A stretch of 64,000 bases of DNA. Source: a virus. The notes under the pieces were generated by a model. That model did no database searches. It was not told where the DNA came from and saw only the letters and a list, made by a program, of their open reading frames with translations. Location of the stretch: positions 25,571 through 89,570 of IMG/VR virus record IMGVR_UViG_3300009164_000056; one strand, given 5' to 3'. Positions 10,278 through 19,949 of this stretch are shown one piece after another. Position numbers and translations under genes: made by a program. Position 1 is the first letter of the stretch; the number at the start of each line of letters is the position of its first letter.

Positions 10278-10311
10278 AAAGAGGCTGGGGTAACTCAGTC
10301 TCTTTTTTTTT
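10278..10311 (+). terminator. Intrinsic terminator
   Basis: AAAGAGGCTGGG-GTAA-CTCAGTCTCTTT stem with a GNRA-type loop and a long T tract. Confidence 0.85.
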
Positions 10312-10342
10312 AAATAAACCTGCAATTTTATAATAAAATTTT

Positions 10343-10350
10343 TACATTTG
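10343..10350 (+). promoter_or_regulatory. Bacteroidota-type -7 promoter element
   Basis: TACATTTG about 25 nt upstream of ATG 10376. Confidence 0.5.
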
Positions 10351-10375
10351 TATAATTAATTTTAAAAAAGATTCT

Positions 10376-11581
10376 ATGAGTTATTTAAAAAATAAAATAC
10401 TTGAGTCATTAAAATGGAAGAAATCACCGGCTTATTGCGCATCAAGATTAGGAATATCAGAGGAAGAATACATTAAGGTTAAAGAACAAATATCAAATAA
10501 ATTTAAAAAATCTTCTTACAGACAAAACCCAGCAATAGCTGAATCTGTAGACTTAGAAAAGGGTCAATCAACAATATCAGGTTCATTTACATATGAGCCA
10601 AAGACAGCAGAAGAGATAATCAAACTTTTACAAATTGATACAAAAGTCTGGAAGTTATCACAATATTGGAATAAACAAATGGGAGACCATTGGAGAGTTT
10701 CAGCTTTAATAACTAAAATTAAAGAAAATGCTAAAGAAGATTTATTAATAAATCTGTTAAACAATTGGAAACCAAAGGTTTATAAAACAACTAACACAAA
10801 TAAATTCCATGACTCTAATAAAGAAGATGTATGTGGAATAATATCTTTACAAGACATTCATTTTGGAAAACAAGGAAATGAAACTATTGATAAGGATTTT
10901 GAAGATACTATAAAAAATTTATTGAACAAAGGTGTAGCATCACATAACATTAAAGTATTGTACTTTGTGGTAGGCGGTGACTTAATCAATATGGATACTT
11001 TTGCTGGTACAACAACAAGTGGAACACCTCTTGATAATTGTATGTCTGCAACAGATGCTTACATGCAGGCATTTGATGCAATGCATTGGGCAATAAATTA
11101 TATCAAAGAATATTGTGAGGAACTTGTAGTAGTATATGTTCCGGGTAATCATGATAGATTATCTTCTCATCATTTGGTACATGCTCTATCTAAATCTATT
11201 TACAATGATGGGGATATAACATGGGATATAAAATATGAAGAAAGAAAGGTACATGTATGGCATAATAATTTCAATGCATTTGAGCATGGAGATAAGACAA
11301 GTAAAAACAACCCTTTGATATATGCATCAGAATACCCTAAAGAATGGGGTAGCACAATAAACAGGACATTGTATAAGGGTCACATCCATACTGATAGAAA
11401 AGTAGAATACATGACATCTAATGAGACAGCAGGTTTTATAGAAAAGACACTTCCTAGTTTAGGTAAGACAGACTATTATCACTATAGTAATAAATATACA
11501 GGTAATAGAAGATCAGGTAAATTGGAACTACAAGATCCAATTCTAGGAAATATATGTGAATTAACTCACCAATCAATATAA
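10376..11581 (+). CDS. Calcineurin-like metallophosphoesterase with N-terminal HTH-like region
   Basis: All five motifs present: DIHFG, GGDLIN, PGNHD, EHGD, GHIH. Confidence 0.88.
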   Translation: MSYLKNKILESLKWKKSPAYCASRLGISEEEYIKVKEQISNKFKKSSYRQNPAIAESVDLEKGQSTISGSFTYEPKTAEEIIKLLQIDTKVWKLSQYWNKQMGDHWRVSALITKIKENAKEDLLINLLNNWKPKVYKTTNTNKFHDSNKEDVCGIISLQDIHFGKQGNETIDKDFEDTIKNLLNKGVASHNIKVLYFVVGGDLINMDTFAGTTTSGTPLDNCMSATDAYMQAFDAMHWAINYIKEYCEELVVVYVPGNHDRLSSHHLVHALSKSIYNDGDITWDIKYEERKVHVWHNNFNAFEHGDKTSKNNPLIYASEYPKEWGSTINRTLYKGHIHTDRKVEYMTSNETAGFIEKTLPSLGKTDYYHYSNKYTGNRRSGKLELQDPILGNICELTHQSI

Positions 11582-11618
11582 AGAAGCAACTTAAATTTCA
11601 TTAAGTGGTCTTTTTTTT
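11581..11618 (+). terminator. Possible weak terminator
   Basis: ACTTAA...TTAAGT stem followed by T8; runs into the TTTGTAAATTA motif. Confidence 0.4.
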
Positions 11619-11639
11619 GTAAATTATAAATATACATGT

Positions 11640-12206
11640 ATGATAAACAATTTTAAAAAACCAGATTTAAAAGCACCAAGATATAGAGAGAAAAGATTAG
11701 GTATATTAAATGAAGAAACAATAAAAGAGTTTAAAGAAAAAAAACCTTTATATTCTAATATTGATAATGATAAATTAAAAAAAATAATAAAACTATATAA
11801 TGTAAATTTATGGGAAGCAGTAATTAAAAATAGAGATGGTGTAGAGTTACCTGATTCATTAGGATATTTGTTTATAGGCACATGTCCTTCTTCTAAAACG
11901 GTAAATACTAATTATGCACTATCTAAAGAATATGGTAAAGTATTACAAAACAAGAATTGGGAAACTGATGGTAACTTGGGTAAAATATTTTATACTAACT
12001 GGTCAACCAAATATAGATTTAAAAATAGAGAGTTATGGAGATTTGTAGCTTGCAGAGAATTTAAAAGAGCGGTAGCTAAAACCTACCCAGAAAGCTGGAC
12101 TAAATACGTTGTGATGAAAAACAAATATAGAGTTGCTCATTTATATGATGTAAATACAGAAGAAACCAAAAAGGAATTAGAGTTATATAATGAATTTGAA
12201 ACATAA
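11640..12206 (+). CDS. IHF/HU-like protein of the crAss-type tail gene block
   Basis: Basic helical N-terminus then GVELPDSLGYLFI (HU/IHF-like beta region); lies directly before the ring protein genes, as in crAss-like phages. Confidence 0.65.
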   Translation: MINNFKKPDLKAPRYREKRLGILNEETIKEFKEKKPLYSNIDNDKLKKIIKLYNVNLWEAVIKNRDGVELPDSLGYLFIGTCPSSKTVNTNYALSKEYGKVLQNKNWETDGNLGKIFYTNWSTKYRFKNRELWRFVACREFKRAVAKTYPESWTKYVVMKNKYRVAHLYDVNTEETKKELELYNEFET

Positions 12207-12211
12207 ACAAA

Positions 12212-12889
12212 ATGTCACAGATAATAATAGGAGAAGCAATATCAAGAATAAGAGGACAGGTTAAAGCTGAAGTCCAAGATTCTTTTGTAACAGACAGATA
12301 CATTTACAGTTTAATAGAAAAGTTTTCTCAAGTTTTAATGAGGAGACAAGACTCATTAAACAAATTAATAAAATTCAACTCTGTGTGGAAAGCACTTCCA
12401 TATGTTGAAATGATTGATGTAGATAAAGTAGAAGCAGGCTGTTCTGGAATAACTAGCGGATGTACAATCAAACGTACAAAACTTAAATTGCCTTCTATGA
12501 TTGAAGGTTATTGGGGTCCGCTTATACGTACTATAACTTCAATAGATGGTTCACAAGAACTTCAAGCAACATATCCTGGTACATATGTATCTATGACCAA
12601 AACAACATCTTTTAAATACAACAGAACAAAATATTTTTGGTGGTTAGATGGATATGTTTATTCACCTAATATTGAATGGGATGCTATTAAAGTTGAAGGT
12701 GTATTTAATGATGACATTACAAAATGGAATTGTGATGAAAAAGATGATTGTACTCCTAGATATAAACAACCAATGTATATACCTGAAGCAATGTTTGCAG
12801 AAATTGAATCTCAAATCATAAACATTATGATGAATACAATGAAGGTACCAAGTGAAGATTCTGATAATAAACAAAACATAAATAGATAA
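12212..12889 (+). CDS. crAss-like tail ring / tubular protein
   Basis: Helical N-terminus (EAISRIR...DSFVTDRYIYS), RTKLKLP, YFWWLDGYVY; synteny with crAss tail genes. Confidence 0.65.
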   Translation: MSQIIIGEAISRIRGQVKAEVQDSFVTDRYIYSLIEKFSQVLMRRQDSLNKLIKFNSVWKALPYVEMIDVDKVEAGCSGITSGCTIKRTKLKLPSMIEGYWGPLIRTITSIDGSQELQATYPGTYVSMTKTTSFKYNRTKYFWWLDGYVYSPNIEWDAIKVEGVFNDDITKWNCDEKDDCTPRYKQPMYIPEAMFAEIESQIINIMMNTMKVPSEDSDNKQNINR

Positions 12890-13830
12890 TGAGCGTATCA
12901 CATAAATATAGAACATTCAGTCAGTTATATGAAGATGTTGCGGTTGACTTTACAACTTATTCATTGGAAGGAATGATTGAACCACAGCAATTAATTAAAG
13001 TTGCTACTAGAATTAATTATGAACTTGGTCTAAAAATACATAGAACTAAAGAAACCATAATTGATGTAGAACATGGTAGAGCGCAATTACCTAGAGATTT
13101 TGCATATATTAACTATGCATTTCTTTGTGGTGAATATCATATTAATGAAACTATGCCATCAGGTACTCACGTTGAAACTTTTAATGATGTGCCTTATGTA
13201 CCGGCACCTGGAGAAGTTGCTGCTTGTAGTACAGGAACAGGATGTGCTGATGTATGTGTAGTTAAAACATGTGAAGATAAAAACAGTTATCAGTTAGTTC
13301 AAAGAATTTCTCCAAATCAATATAGAACTTATAGTACTTGGACTGAATTGAAAATTCAAGATATAAATCAGAAAAGTTGTTTTTGTCCTGATTTAGCAGC
13401 ACAAGCCCCAGACATTGCACAAATAGTTGATGGATTTTTAATTACTAATTTTACTAGTGGTAGAGTTTATATAAGTTATCAAGGAGCTATGGAATCACCT
13501 GATGGAGATTTATTGGTTCTTGATCAACCTCTTTGTAATGAGTATTATGAATATGCATTAAAACAAAGAATATTAGAAAACATGATTTGGCAAGGTGAGC
13601 AAATGGCTCCTCAATTACAATTGGTTGAATCACGTTTAAGACCTGCAAGAAACAATGCTTTGTCATTTGTAAATACACCGGATTTTGCTGAAATGCAAAA
13701 AGTCTTTGTAATGAATAGAAGAGCTCAATATCATAATTATTATAATATGTTTATGAGTTATGCTCCTTATAATCCAAGACTTCATAAAGGAATTAATACA
13801 TCCAGTAGTATTAACAATCCTACACACTAA
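12889..13830 (+). CDS. crAss-like tail tubular / ring protein
   Basis: IIDVEHGRAQLPRDF and FLITNFTSGRVYISYQG...DGDLLV motifs; lies just before the stabilisation protein. Confidence 0.7.
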   Translation: MSVSHKYRTFSQLYEDVAVDFTTYSLEGMIEPQQLIKVATRINYELGLKIHRTKETIIDVEHGRAQLPRDFAYINYAFLCGEYHINETMPSGTHVETFNDVPYVPAPGEVAACSTGTGCADVCVVKTCEDKNSYQLVQRISPNQYRTYSTWTELKIQDINQKSCFCPDLAAQAPDIAQIVDGFLITNFTSGRVYISYQGAMESPDGDLLVLDQPLCNEYYEYALKQRILENMIWQGEQMAPQLQLVESRLRPARNNALSFVNTPDFAEMQKVFVMNRRAQYHNYYNMFMSYAPYNPRLHKGINTSSSINNPTH

Positions 13831-13847
13831 TAAAGAATTAAATTATT

Positions 13848-16800
13848 ATGGCACAGCAAAATGAAAATCCAGGGACATCTTCTGTAAATACTAATTCATT
13901 TATTAAAGGAATGAATAAAGATATTACGCAGGCAATGGAACCAAAAGAAAGTTGGTGGCATGCGCGTAATGCAATGAATAATTCTACTGATGGAGATCTT
14001 GGTGTAATAGGTAATGAACCATCAAACTTACAATGTGGTGTTATTCCATATACAATTATTGGTGCTATACATAGATATGGTGATCAATGGGTTGTATATT
14101 CTACTGATGATACCAATTCAGAAATTGGAACATTTGATGATAGTTTATGTGAATATAAAGTTATTGTAAATGATCCTTGTTTAAACTTTAATAGAAAGTA
14201 TTTAATAGTTGGTGCAGCTAAAGAAAATTTTGATTGTACTTGGCAAGTATATTGGGATGATGGAAACAATCCTTCACGTTCATTAAACATTAATAAGGTT
14301 CCTTGGATTCAAACTATATCTTCTGCACCCGGTGATTCATGTATTACATATGATGATACAACACAATTGAATTGTGAAAAAATAAGATTAGCTCCTTTGG
14401 TTGATACACCTTGTGTTAGTTTAAGTAAATCAATAGATGGTGGTATGTTACAGAATGGAGCATATCAAGCATTTGTTGCTTATACAGAGAATGAACAAAA
14501 AGTAACTGATTACATTGGTATTTCTAATGTTCAAACATTATGGTCACATTCTGGTACAGGTGGTTCATTAAACATTAAGGTAAACAATCTAGATAAAGAT
14601 TATGATTACTATGAGTTAGTATTACTTATAAGAAATCAAGGTCAGATATATGCTAAACGTATAGGTCTTTATAGTACACAACAACAAGATATTAATATTG
14701 ATTATATTGATGATACGTTAGTTGCTGTAAGTTTAAAAACAATACCACAGAGAAGTCCTGCTTATGAAAAATCAAATGCAATGTATGTTGTAAATGATTG
14801 GTTAATAAGACAAGGACCTGTAAGTCAGTTTGATTTTAACTATCAGCCAATAGCAAATGACATCAAGGTCAATTGGGTAGCAAATCAAATAGATTCTAGT
14901 TACTATCATTTAGGTGGTAATAAGTTGGGATTCTTAAGAGATGAGCAATATGCATTCTTTATTAGATGGATTTATAATACAGGAGAAAGATCTTCTTCAT
15001 ATCATATTCCAGGAAGAGCACCAAGGCCATATACAACCCCTTCAGGGACATATCTAGAAACAGATATTATATACGGTAATAATGTTTTAGATGTTGCTGG
15101 AGATCCTTTATATAAGGTTTATAATACAGGAACAATTACAGCATCTGGTTTAACAGAAGTTCAGCCTGATGGATCACAGATTATTGCTAGAGGTGAAATG
15201 GGTTATTGGGAATCTACTGAAAGATATCCTGCTAATAGACCAGATATTTGGGGTAACCTTTGTGGTAAACCTATTAGACACCATAAGTTTCCTACTGAAG
15301 AAGTGGGAAGTGCTGGTTCACCATTACATATAAGCACAACTGCCGGAGATTTAATTAATGTTTTGGGTGTAGAGTTTACAAATATAGGCAGACCAAAATA
15401 TAATAATGGAACTTATATACCAAATGTAGTTGGTTATGAAATACTAAGAGGATCTAGAGCGGGTGCTAAATCTATTTTAGCAAAAGGGTTATTTAGAAAT
15501 ATGCGCAAGTATACAATACCTAATGCAGAAAACTTAATAGGTGGATCTGTCCAAGGTTTATATCCTAACTATCCATATAATGATTTAAGACCTGATGTTT
15601 TTTTCCATGATGGAAATGCAAACTCTATTCATAGAACAGAAGGTTGTAATAACTATAGTCGATCAATAGGTAATTTTAACCCATTGGGATCTGCACCAGC
15701 TGTAGCTGGAGATCCTTCAGGGTATTCTAAAAAGGTGTTTACATTTTCTTCACCTGATTTGATGTTTACCAAACCTTTTCTTAATGCATATGAAACTAGA
15801 TTATATGGATATGTAACTGGTAACTCAAGTGGTTATTTTAAAGCTTCTGAGGATCATCCTCAATTTAAACTATTAAGAAATGGTGCCGCAATTATAGCTG
15901 CTGTTATTGGTGTAGGATATGCTATGCATAAAATGTTAGGTACTAGAAGTAAAACTATAGAAGGTGCTAAAGGTAGTTATCAAGCAAATGATTTTTATTT
16001 AGGTTTTGGTACTGGTGGTACAACAGGTGGTGGTGCAAATCTTGCAGTAAATGCAGCTGGAGCTTTAACCGCTGCTGGAGGTTCAACACTTGGACAAATA
16101 GCTCTAAATACATTACTTAATGATGCACTTGGTTTATTAGATCTTTATGCTGGTGGAGTTGCTACATATACATTGGATATGGTTAATGCCGGAATTGTTA
16201 CTGCTGCTGGTGCAGCACCTGGTACAATTGGTGGTTCACTGAATAATACACAAATAAATGATTCATCTGAATCTTCATTACCATATATTGTGAGACTATT
16301 TGTAGCTCAAGCTATGTCTAGAACTAATATAGCAATTGGTGGAAATGAAATATTAGAATTAATTTATAACTTAATTAATAAGTCTGATTTTGTATTCAAA
16401 TATAATTCTTATGGATTTTTTAATTCATTTACTAAAATTAATACAGGATTATTTAGAATTAAAAATACAGATTCAAATTATTTAGGTCAATCATTTCAAT
16501 CATTTGATAATGGTAATTATAAAATTAATAATTTATTTAGACCATCTACCGTAGCTGTTTCATTAAGTAACCCCGTATCAGAACCAAGTGTAATTGATAC
16601 ATCAAGGTTTACAATTGGAGGTTCTGTTAGTACTTCTGGTAGTGTTAATGTTACAGATGGAAATATAACTAATCCATCAGTAAAACATAAAACACCTATA
16701 TCAGCTTATTATGGTGCTCTAAAATTTAATTTTGATAATCAATATGGTCAACTAGATGGTATTAAGCAAGTTCAAATGAGAGGTTGTGTAGAATATTTAG

Positions 16801-19800
16801 ATCCTACTAAACCTGATGCTTTTAAATATTCTAGTTCAGCTATATTTGGTGGTGATATATTTATTACTAGATATACTGAAAAAGTTATAATGCCAATATT
16901 TGCTCAATACTTATTAGGTCAACCTGATGAATTTACATATGATTATTCTCAACATGTTAATATACCATATCCAAGATTTTGGTTAAATTCTCAAAAATTT
17001 GACATGAGTGCTTTGGCTGGTGAGATTGCTTCTTTAGGTCTTATAAGTTCTAGTAATTTAGATACTATTTTTCCTAGTGATTTATTTTATTTAGATAGAG
17101 GTTCAAATAGTTGTGCTAGTGGTTTGGATGCAATTTTTGGTAATAGTGGTGATCCTAATCCTAGATTTGCTATGAGATATGCTTATATGTATACTCACGT
17201 TAATGGTATATTAGATTTCTTTGTAGAGTCTGAAGTTAACTTAGCTAATAGAGATTGGGAAGATAGAGCTGACGCAAGAATATATGATGTATATGGTTAT
17301 AATGATGTAGATGAATTATTTCATGCTCAGATTGAAAAGAAAGATAACTTCTATAAGTATGATGAATCATTAAGCCCATCTAAATTTGTAACCCAGTTGG
17401 GTAGTTTTGGTGAGATTCAACCAAGATACTATGATCCATACACTGCAGAAACTTGTTATGTTAGTTATCCAAAAAGATTAATCTATTCATTACAAGCACA
17501 GAAAGAATCTAAAAAAGATTTTTGGAGAGTATTCTTACCATTTAATTATCAAGACTTTAAAAATAAAGTAAGTGTAATTAAACCTATTAATAAAAATGGT
17601 GCTATTATATTCTTTCCTTTCTTATCTCCTCAAATGTTTCAGGGAGTAGATACTTTAAGAACGCAGTTAGATACTAAACTTACTATTGGTGATGGAGGAT
17701 TATTTAGTCAACCATTTCAAAATATTGTTAATTCAGATTTATCAAATGAGTATGGATCATGTGAGAGTTTAAGAAGTGTTATGAATACACCCGTAGGTTT
17801 GTTTTTTATATCTCAAGCCCAAGGTAAGATATTTCATTTTACTGGTCAAACATTGGATCCAATATCTAATGCGGGAATGAAATGGTGGTTTAATAAATAT
17901 TTACCATCTCAATTAGTTAAACAATATCCACAATTAGAAGCATCTCCATTATCAGATAATCCTGTAGTTGGTGTAGGTTGTCAAACAATTTATGATCCTA
18001 ATGATGATATAGTTTACTTTATGAAGAAAGACTATAGAGTTAAGGCTGAATATATTGCCAATGTTACATATACTGAAAATAGAGGATTTGCTTTATCAGG
18101 AAGTCCTATTACATTAGGTGACCCAATATTTTTTGATGATTGTTCTTGGACTGTAAGTTATGATCCTAAAGCTAAAGCTTGGATATCATTCCATGATTGG
18201 CATCCTGAATTTGCATTGCCTAGTATTAACCATTTCTTTACTACTAAGACAATGGCTACTACTATACCACAATGTCCTCCGGGTTATAATTATAACTCTA
18301 CTAATGGATTATGTGAAAGATCTATTAATATTAATGAACCAGCTATTATTACAGTAGATCAAATAAATTCTGTTGTTAATGGTGGTCCTACAAATTGTTT
18401 AGTAGATATTGTTATTGCAATGGATGTATCTGGTTCTACAAATTCTAATGGAGCAAGACAAGCTCAACCAGCATGGTTAACTGCATTTTTAAATGATCCA
18501 AATATAACTGGACCAATGGCCGCTGGTACAATGCAAATAGGATTTACTGCTTGGGATGGTGCTAATAGAAATTACAATATACCAAATCCAGCAGGTGGTA
18601 CATGGTCAATGAGTAATACAGTTACTGAACCACAAGTAACAGCATGGTATAATGCTAACTGGGCAGGTGGTTCTACAAATGTTTCATTGGGTATGTCTAG
18701 TGCTTTGACAATGTTAAATAATAAAACAGCTAGTCAACTAGGTAATAGAAGTGCACAACCATTTTTTAGACAAATAATTATATTGGTTACTGATACAACA
18801 AGTAATCCCGGTAATATTGGTTGTCCATATCAAGGTACTGGTGTTTCTCCAAGTGCAACTGGTCCTGCAAATCAAAGAGTATATGCATTGTTCTGTGGGC
18901 AAAGTAGTGCCTCACCTAGTAATCCTGCTGTATTAGGTAATATATCTTGTACGCCAGGACCTGTAAATGTTGATGGTTATCAATTTGGAATTAATGCATC
19001 TGTACCTGCAACGTTTACTGCAGTAGCAAGTGCTATTGCAGGTTCTGTTTGTTCAATTCCATTTACTTGTGATTGTGCTCCCGGTTATACAAAAGTATTT
19101 TATAATACAGCAACAAGTGTTTATACTTCACCAACGGGTGTGTGTGATGACATTACACCACCTGTATGTAGAAAAGTTACTTGTGCGTGTCCGGTATCTC
19201 CTGTAGGTACAACAACTACAACAACAGGAAATTGTGATGATGTTTATTTAGTGGGTAATCCTACATATGTAAATCCAAATCCTCAGATTTGTAATTTCTT
19301 TAAATATGAATCTACACCTGCTAATTACAAAGTTGGTTCATTCTGGAGACACAATGTTAGATGTGATAGTTTTGCTAATTTCTATGGTACTGATTATCCA
19401 TGGGAAGTAGAATTGGTTTCTAATACTGGACAAATGGTTAACACTGTTAGAAGTATGGAGTATCAATTAGAATCTTATGTATATAAAGGTGATATGGGAT
19501 TTGCTTGTAATGATGATAGATGGGAAGATTTGAATTTCAATTTTGATCAATCAGTTATTTATAACAATGAACAAGTATCAGGGTTATTACAATTAACTCC
19601 AACACCATATAACAATCCTGTTTTAGAATTGAGTTACCCTATTATTAACTTGAATAGTATGAATATACTATGTTCTAAAGTAGAACAGAAATATAGATTC
19701 AATCAGTTCTATGATATTACTAATGATAGAGGTGAATTTACAAACGTTGAACAAGCAATATGGGATACACAACCTAATGGATATATTAAAGTTTTAAATA

Positions 19801-19949
19801 CTATAAACTTAAATTATAATAAACCTCCATTACAGCATAAGAAGTTTAGACATTATTATAACAATGTTATTTTAAGAAGGGTTAAATCAGAAAATAGAAA
19901 GATGTTATTAAGATTAAATAATACTAAATTACTTTTATCAATGAGATAA
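13848..19949 (+). CDS. Tail stabilisation / muzzle protein with inserted vWA domain
   Basis: NSFIKGMNKD start, FLRDEQYAFFIRW, YHIPGR, GKPIRHHKFP and WTVSYDPKAKAWISFHDWHP, as in crAss-like stabilisation proteins; vWA insert with DIVIAMDVSGS. Confidence 0.8.
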   Translation: MAQQNENPGTSSVNTNSFIKGMNKDITQAMEPKESWWHARNAMNNSTDGDLGVIGNEPSNLQCGVIPYTIIGAIHRYGDQWVVYSTDDTNSEIGTFDDSLCEYKVIVNDPCLNFNRKYLIVGAAKENFDCTWQVYWDDGNNPSRSLNINKVPWIQTISSAPGDSCITYDDTTQLNCEKIRLAPLVDTPCVSLSKSIDGGMLQNGAYQAFVAYTENEQKVTDYIGISNVQTLWSHSGTGGSLNIKVNNLDKDYDYYELVLLIRNQGQIYAKRIGLYSTQQQDINIDYIDDTLVAVSLKTIPQRSPAYEKSNAMYVVNDWLIRQGPVSQFDFNYQPIANDIKVNWVANQIDSSYYHLGGNKLGFLRDEQYAFFIRWIYNTGERSSSYHIPGRAPRPYTTPSGTYLETDIIYGNNVLDVAGDPLYKVYNTGTITASGLTEVQPDGSQIIARGEMGYWESTERYPANRPDIWGNLCGKPIRHHKFPTEEVGSAGSPLHISTTAGDLINVLGVEFTNIGRPKYNNGTYIPNVVGYEILRGSRAGAKSILAKGLFRNMRKYTIPNAENLIGGSVQGLYPNYPYNDLRPDVFFHDGNANSIHRTEGCNNYSRSIGNFNPLGSAPAVAGDPSGYSKKVFTFSSPDLMFTKPFLNAYETRLYGYVTGNSSGYFKASEDHPQFKLLRNGAAIIAAVIGVGYAMHKMLGTRSKTIEGAKGSYQANDFYLGFGTGGTTGGGANLAVNAAGALTAAGGSTLGQIALNTLLNDALGLLDLYAGGVATYTLDMVNAGIVTAAGAAPGTIGGSLNNTQINDSSESSLPYIVRLFVAQAMSRTNIAIGGNEILELIYNLINKSDFVFKYNSYGFFNSFTKINTGLFRIKNTDSNYLGQSFQSFDNGNYKINNLFRPSTVAVSLSNPVSEPSVIDTSRFTIGGSVSTSGSVNVTDGNITNPSVKHKTPISAYYGALKFNFDNQYGQLDGIKQVQMRGCVEYLDPTKPDAFKYSSSAIFGGDIFITRYTEKVIMPIFAQYLLGQPDEFTYDYSQHVNIPYPRFWLNSQKFDMSALAGEIASLGLISSSNLDTIFPSDLFYLDRGSNSCASGLDAIFGNSGDPNPRFAMRYAYMYTHVNGILDFFVESEVNLANRDWEDRADARIYDVYGYNDVDELFHAQIEKKDNFYKYDESLSPSKFVTQLGSFGEIQPRYYDPYTAETCYVSYPKRLIYSLQAQKESKKDFWRVFLPFNYQDFKNKVSVIKPINKNGAIIFFPFLSPQMFQGVDTLRTQLDTKLTIGDGGLFSQPFQNIVNSDLSNEYGSCESLRSVMNTPVGLFFISQAQGKIFHFTGQTLDPISNAGMKWWFNKYLPSQLVKQYPQLEASPLSDNPVVGVGCQTIYDPNDDIVYFMKKDYRVKAEYIANVTYTENRGFALSGSPITLGDPIFFDDCSWTVSYDPKAKAWISFHDWHPEFALPSINHFFTTKTMATTIPQCPPGYNYNSTNGLCERSININEPAIITVDQINSVVNGGPTNCLVDIVIAMDVSGSTNSNGARQAQPAWLTAFLNDPNITGPMAAGTMQIGFTAWDGANRNYNIPNPAGGTWSMSNTVTEPQVTAWYNANWAGGSTNVSLGMSSALTMLNNKTASQLGNRSAQPFFRQIIILVTDTTSNPGNIGCPYQGTGVSPSATGPANQRVYALFCGQSSASPSNPAVLGNISCTPGPVNVDGYQFGINASVPATFTAVASAIAGSVCSIPFTCDCAPGYTKVFYNTATSVYTSPTGVCDDITPPVCRKVTCACPVSPVGTTTTTTGNCDDVYLVGNPTYVNPNPQICNFFKYESTPANYKVGSFWRHNVRCDSFANFYGTDYPWEVELVSNTGQMVNTVRSMEYQLESYVYKGDMGFACNDDRWEDLNFNFDQSVIYNNEQVSGLLQLTPTPYNNPVLELSYPIINLNSMNILCSKVEQKYRFNQFYDITNDRGEFTNVEQAIWDTQPNGYIKVLNTINLNYNKPPLQHKKFRHYYNNVILRRVKSENRKMLLRLNNTKLLLSMR

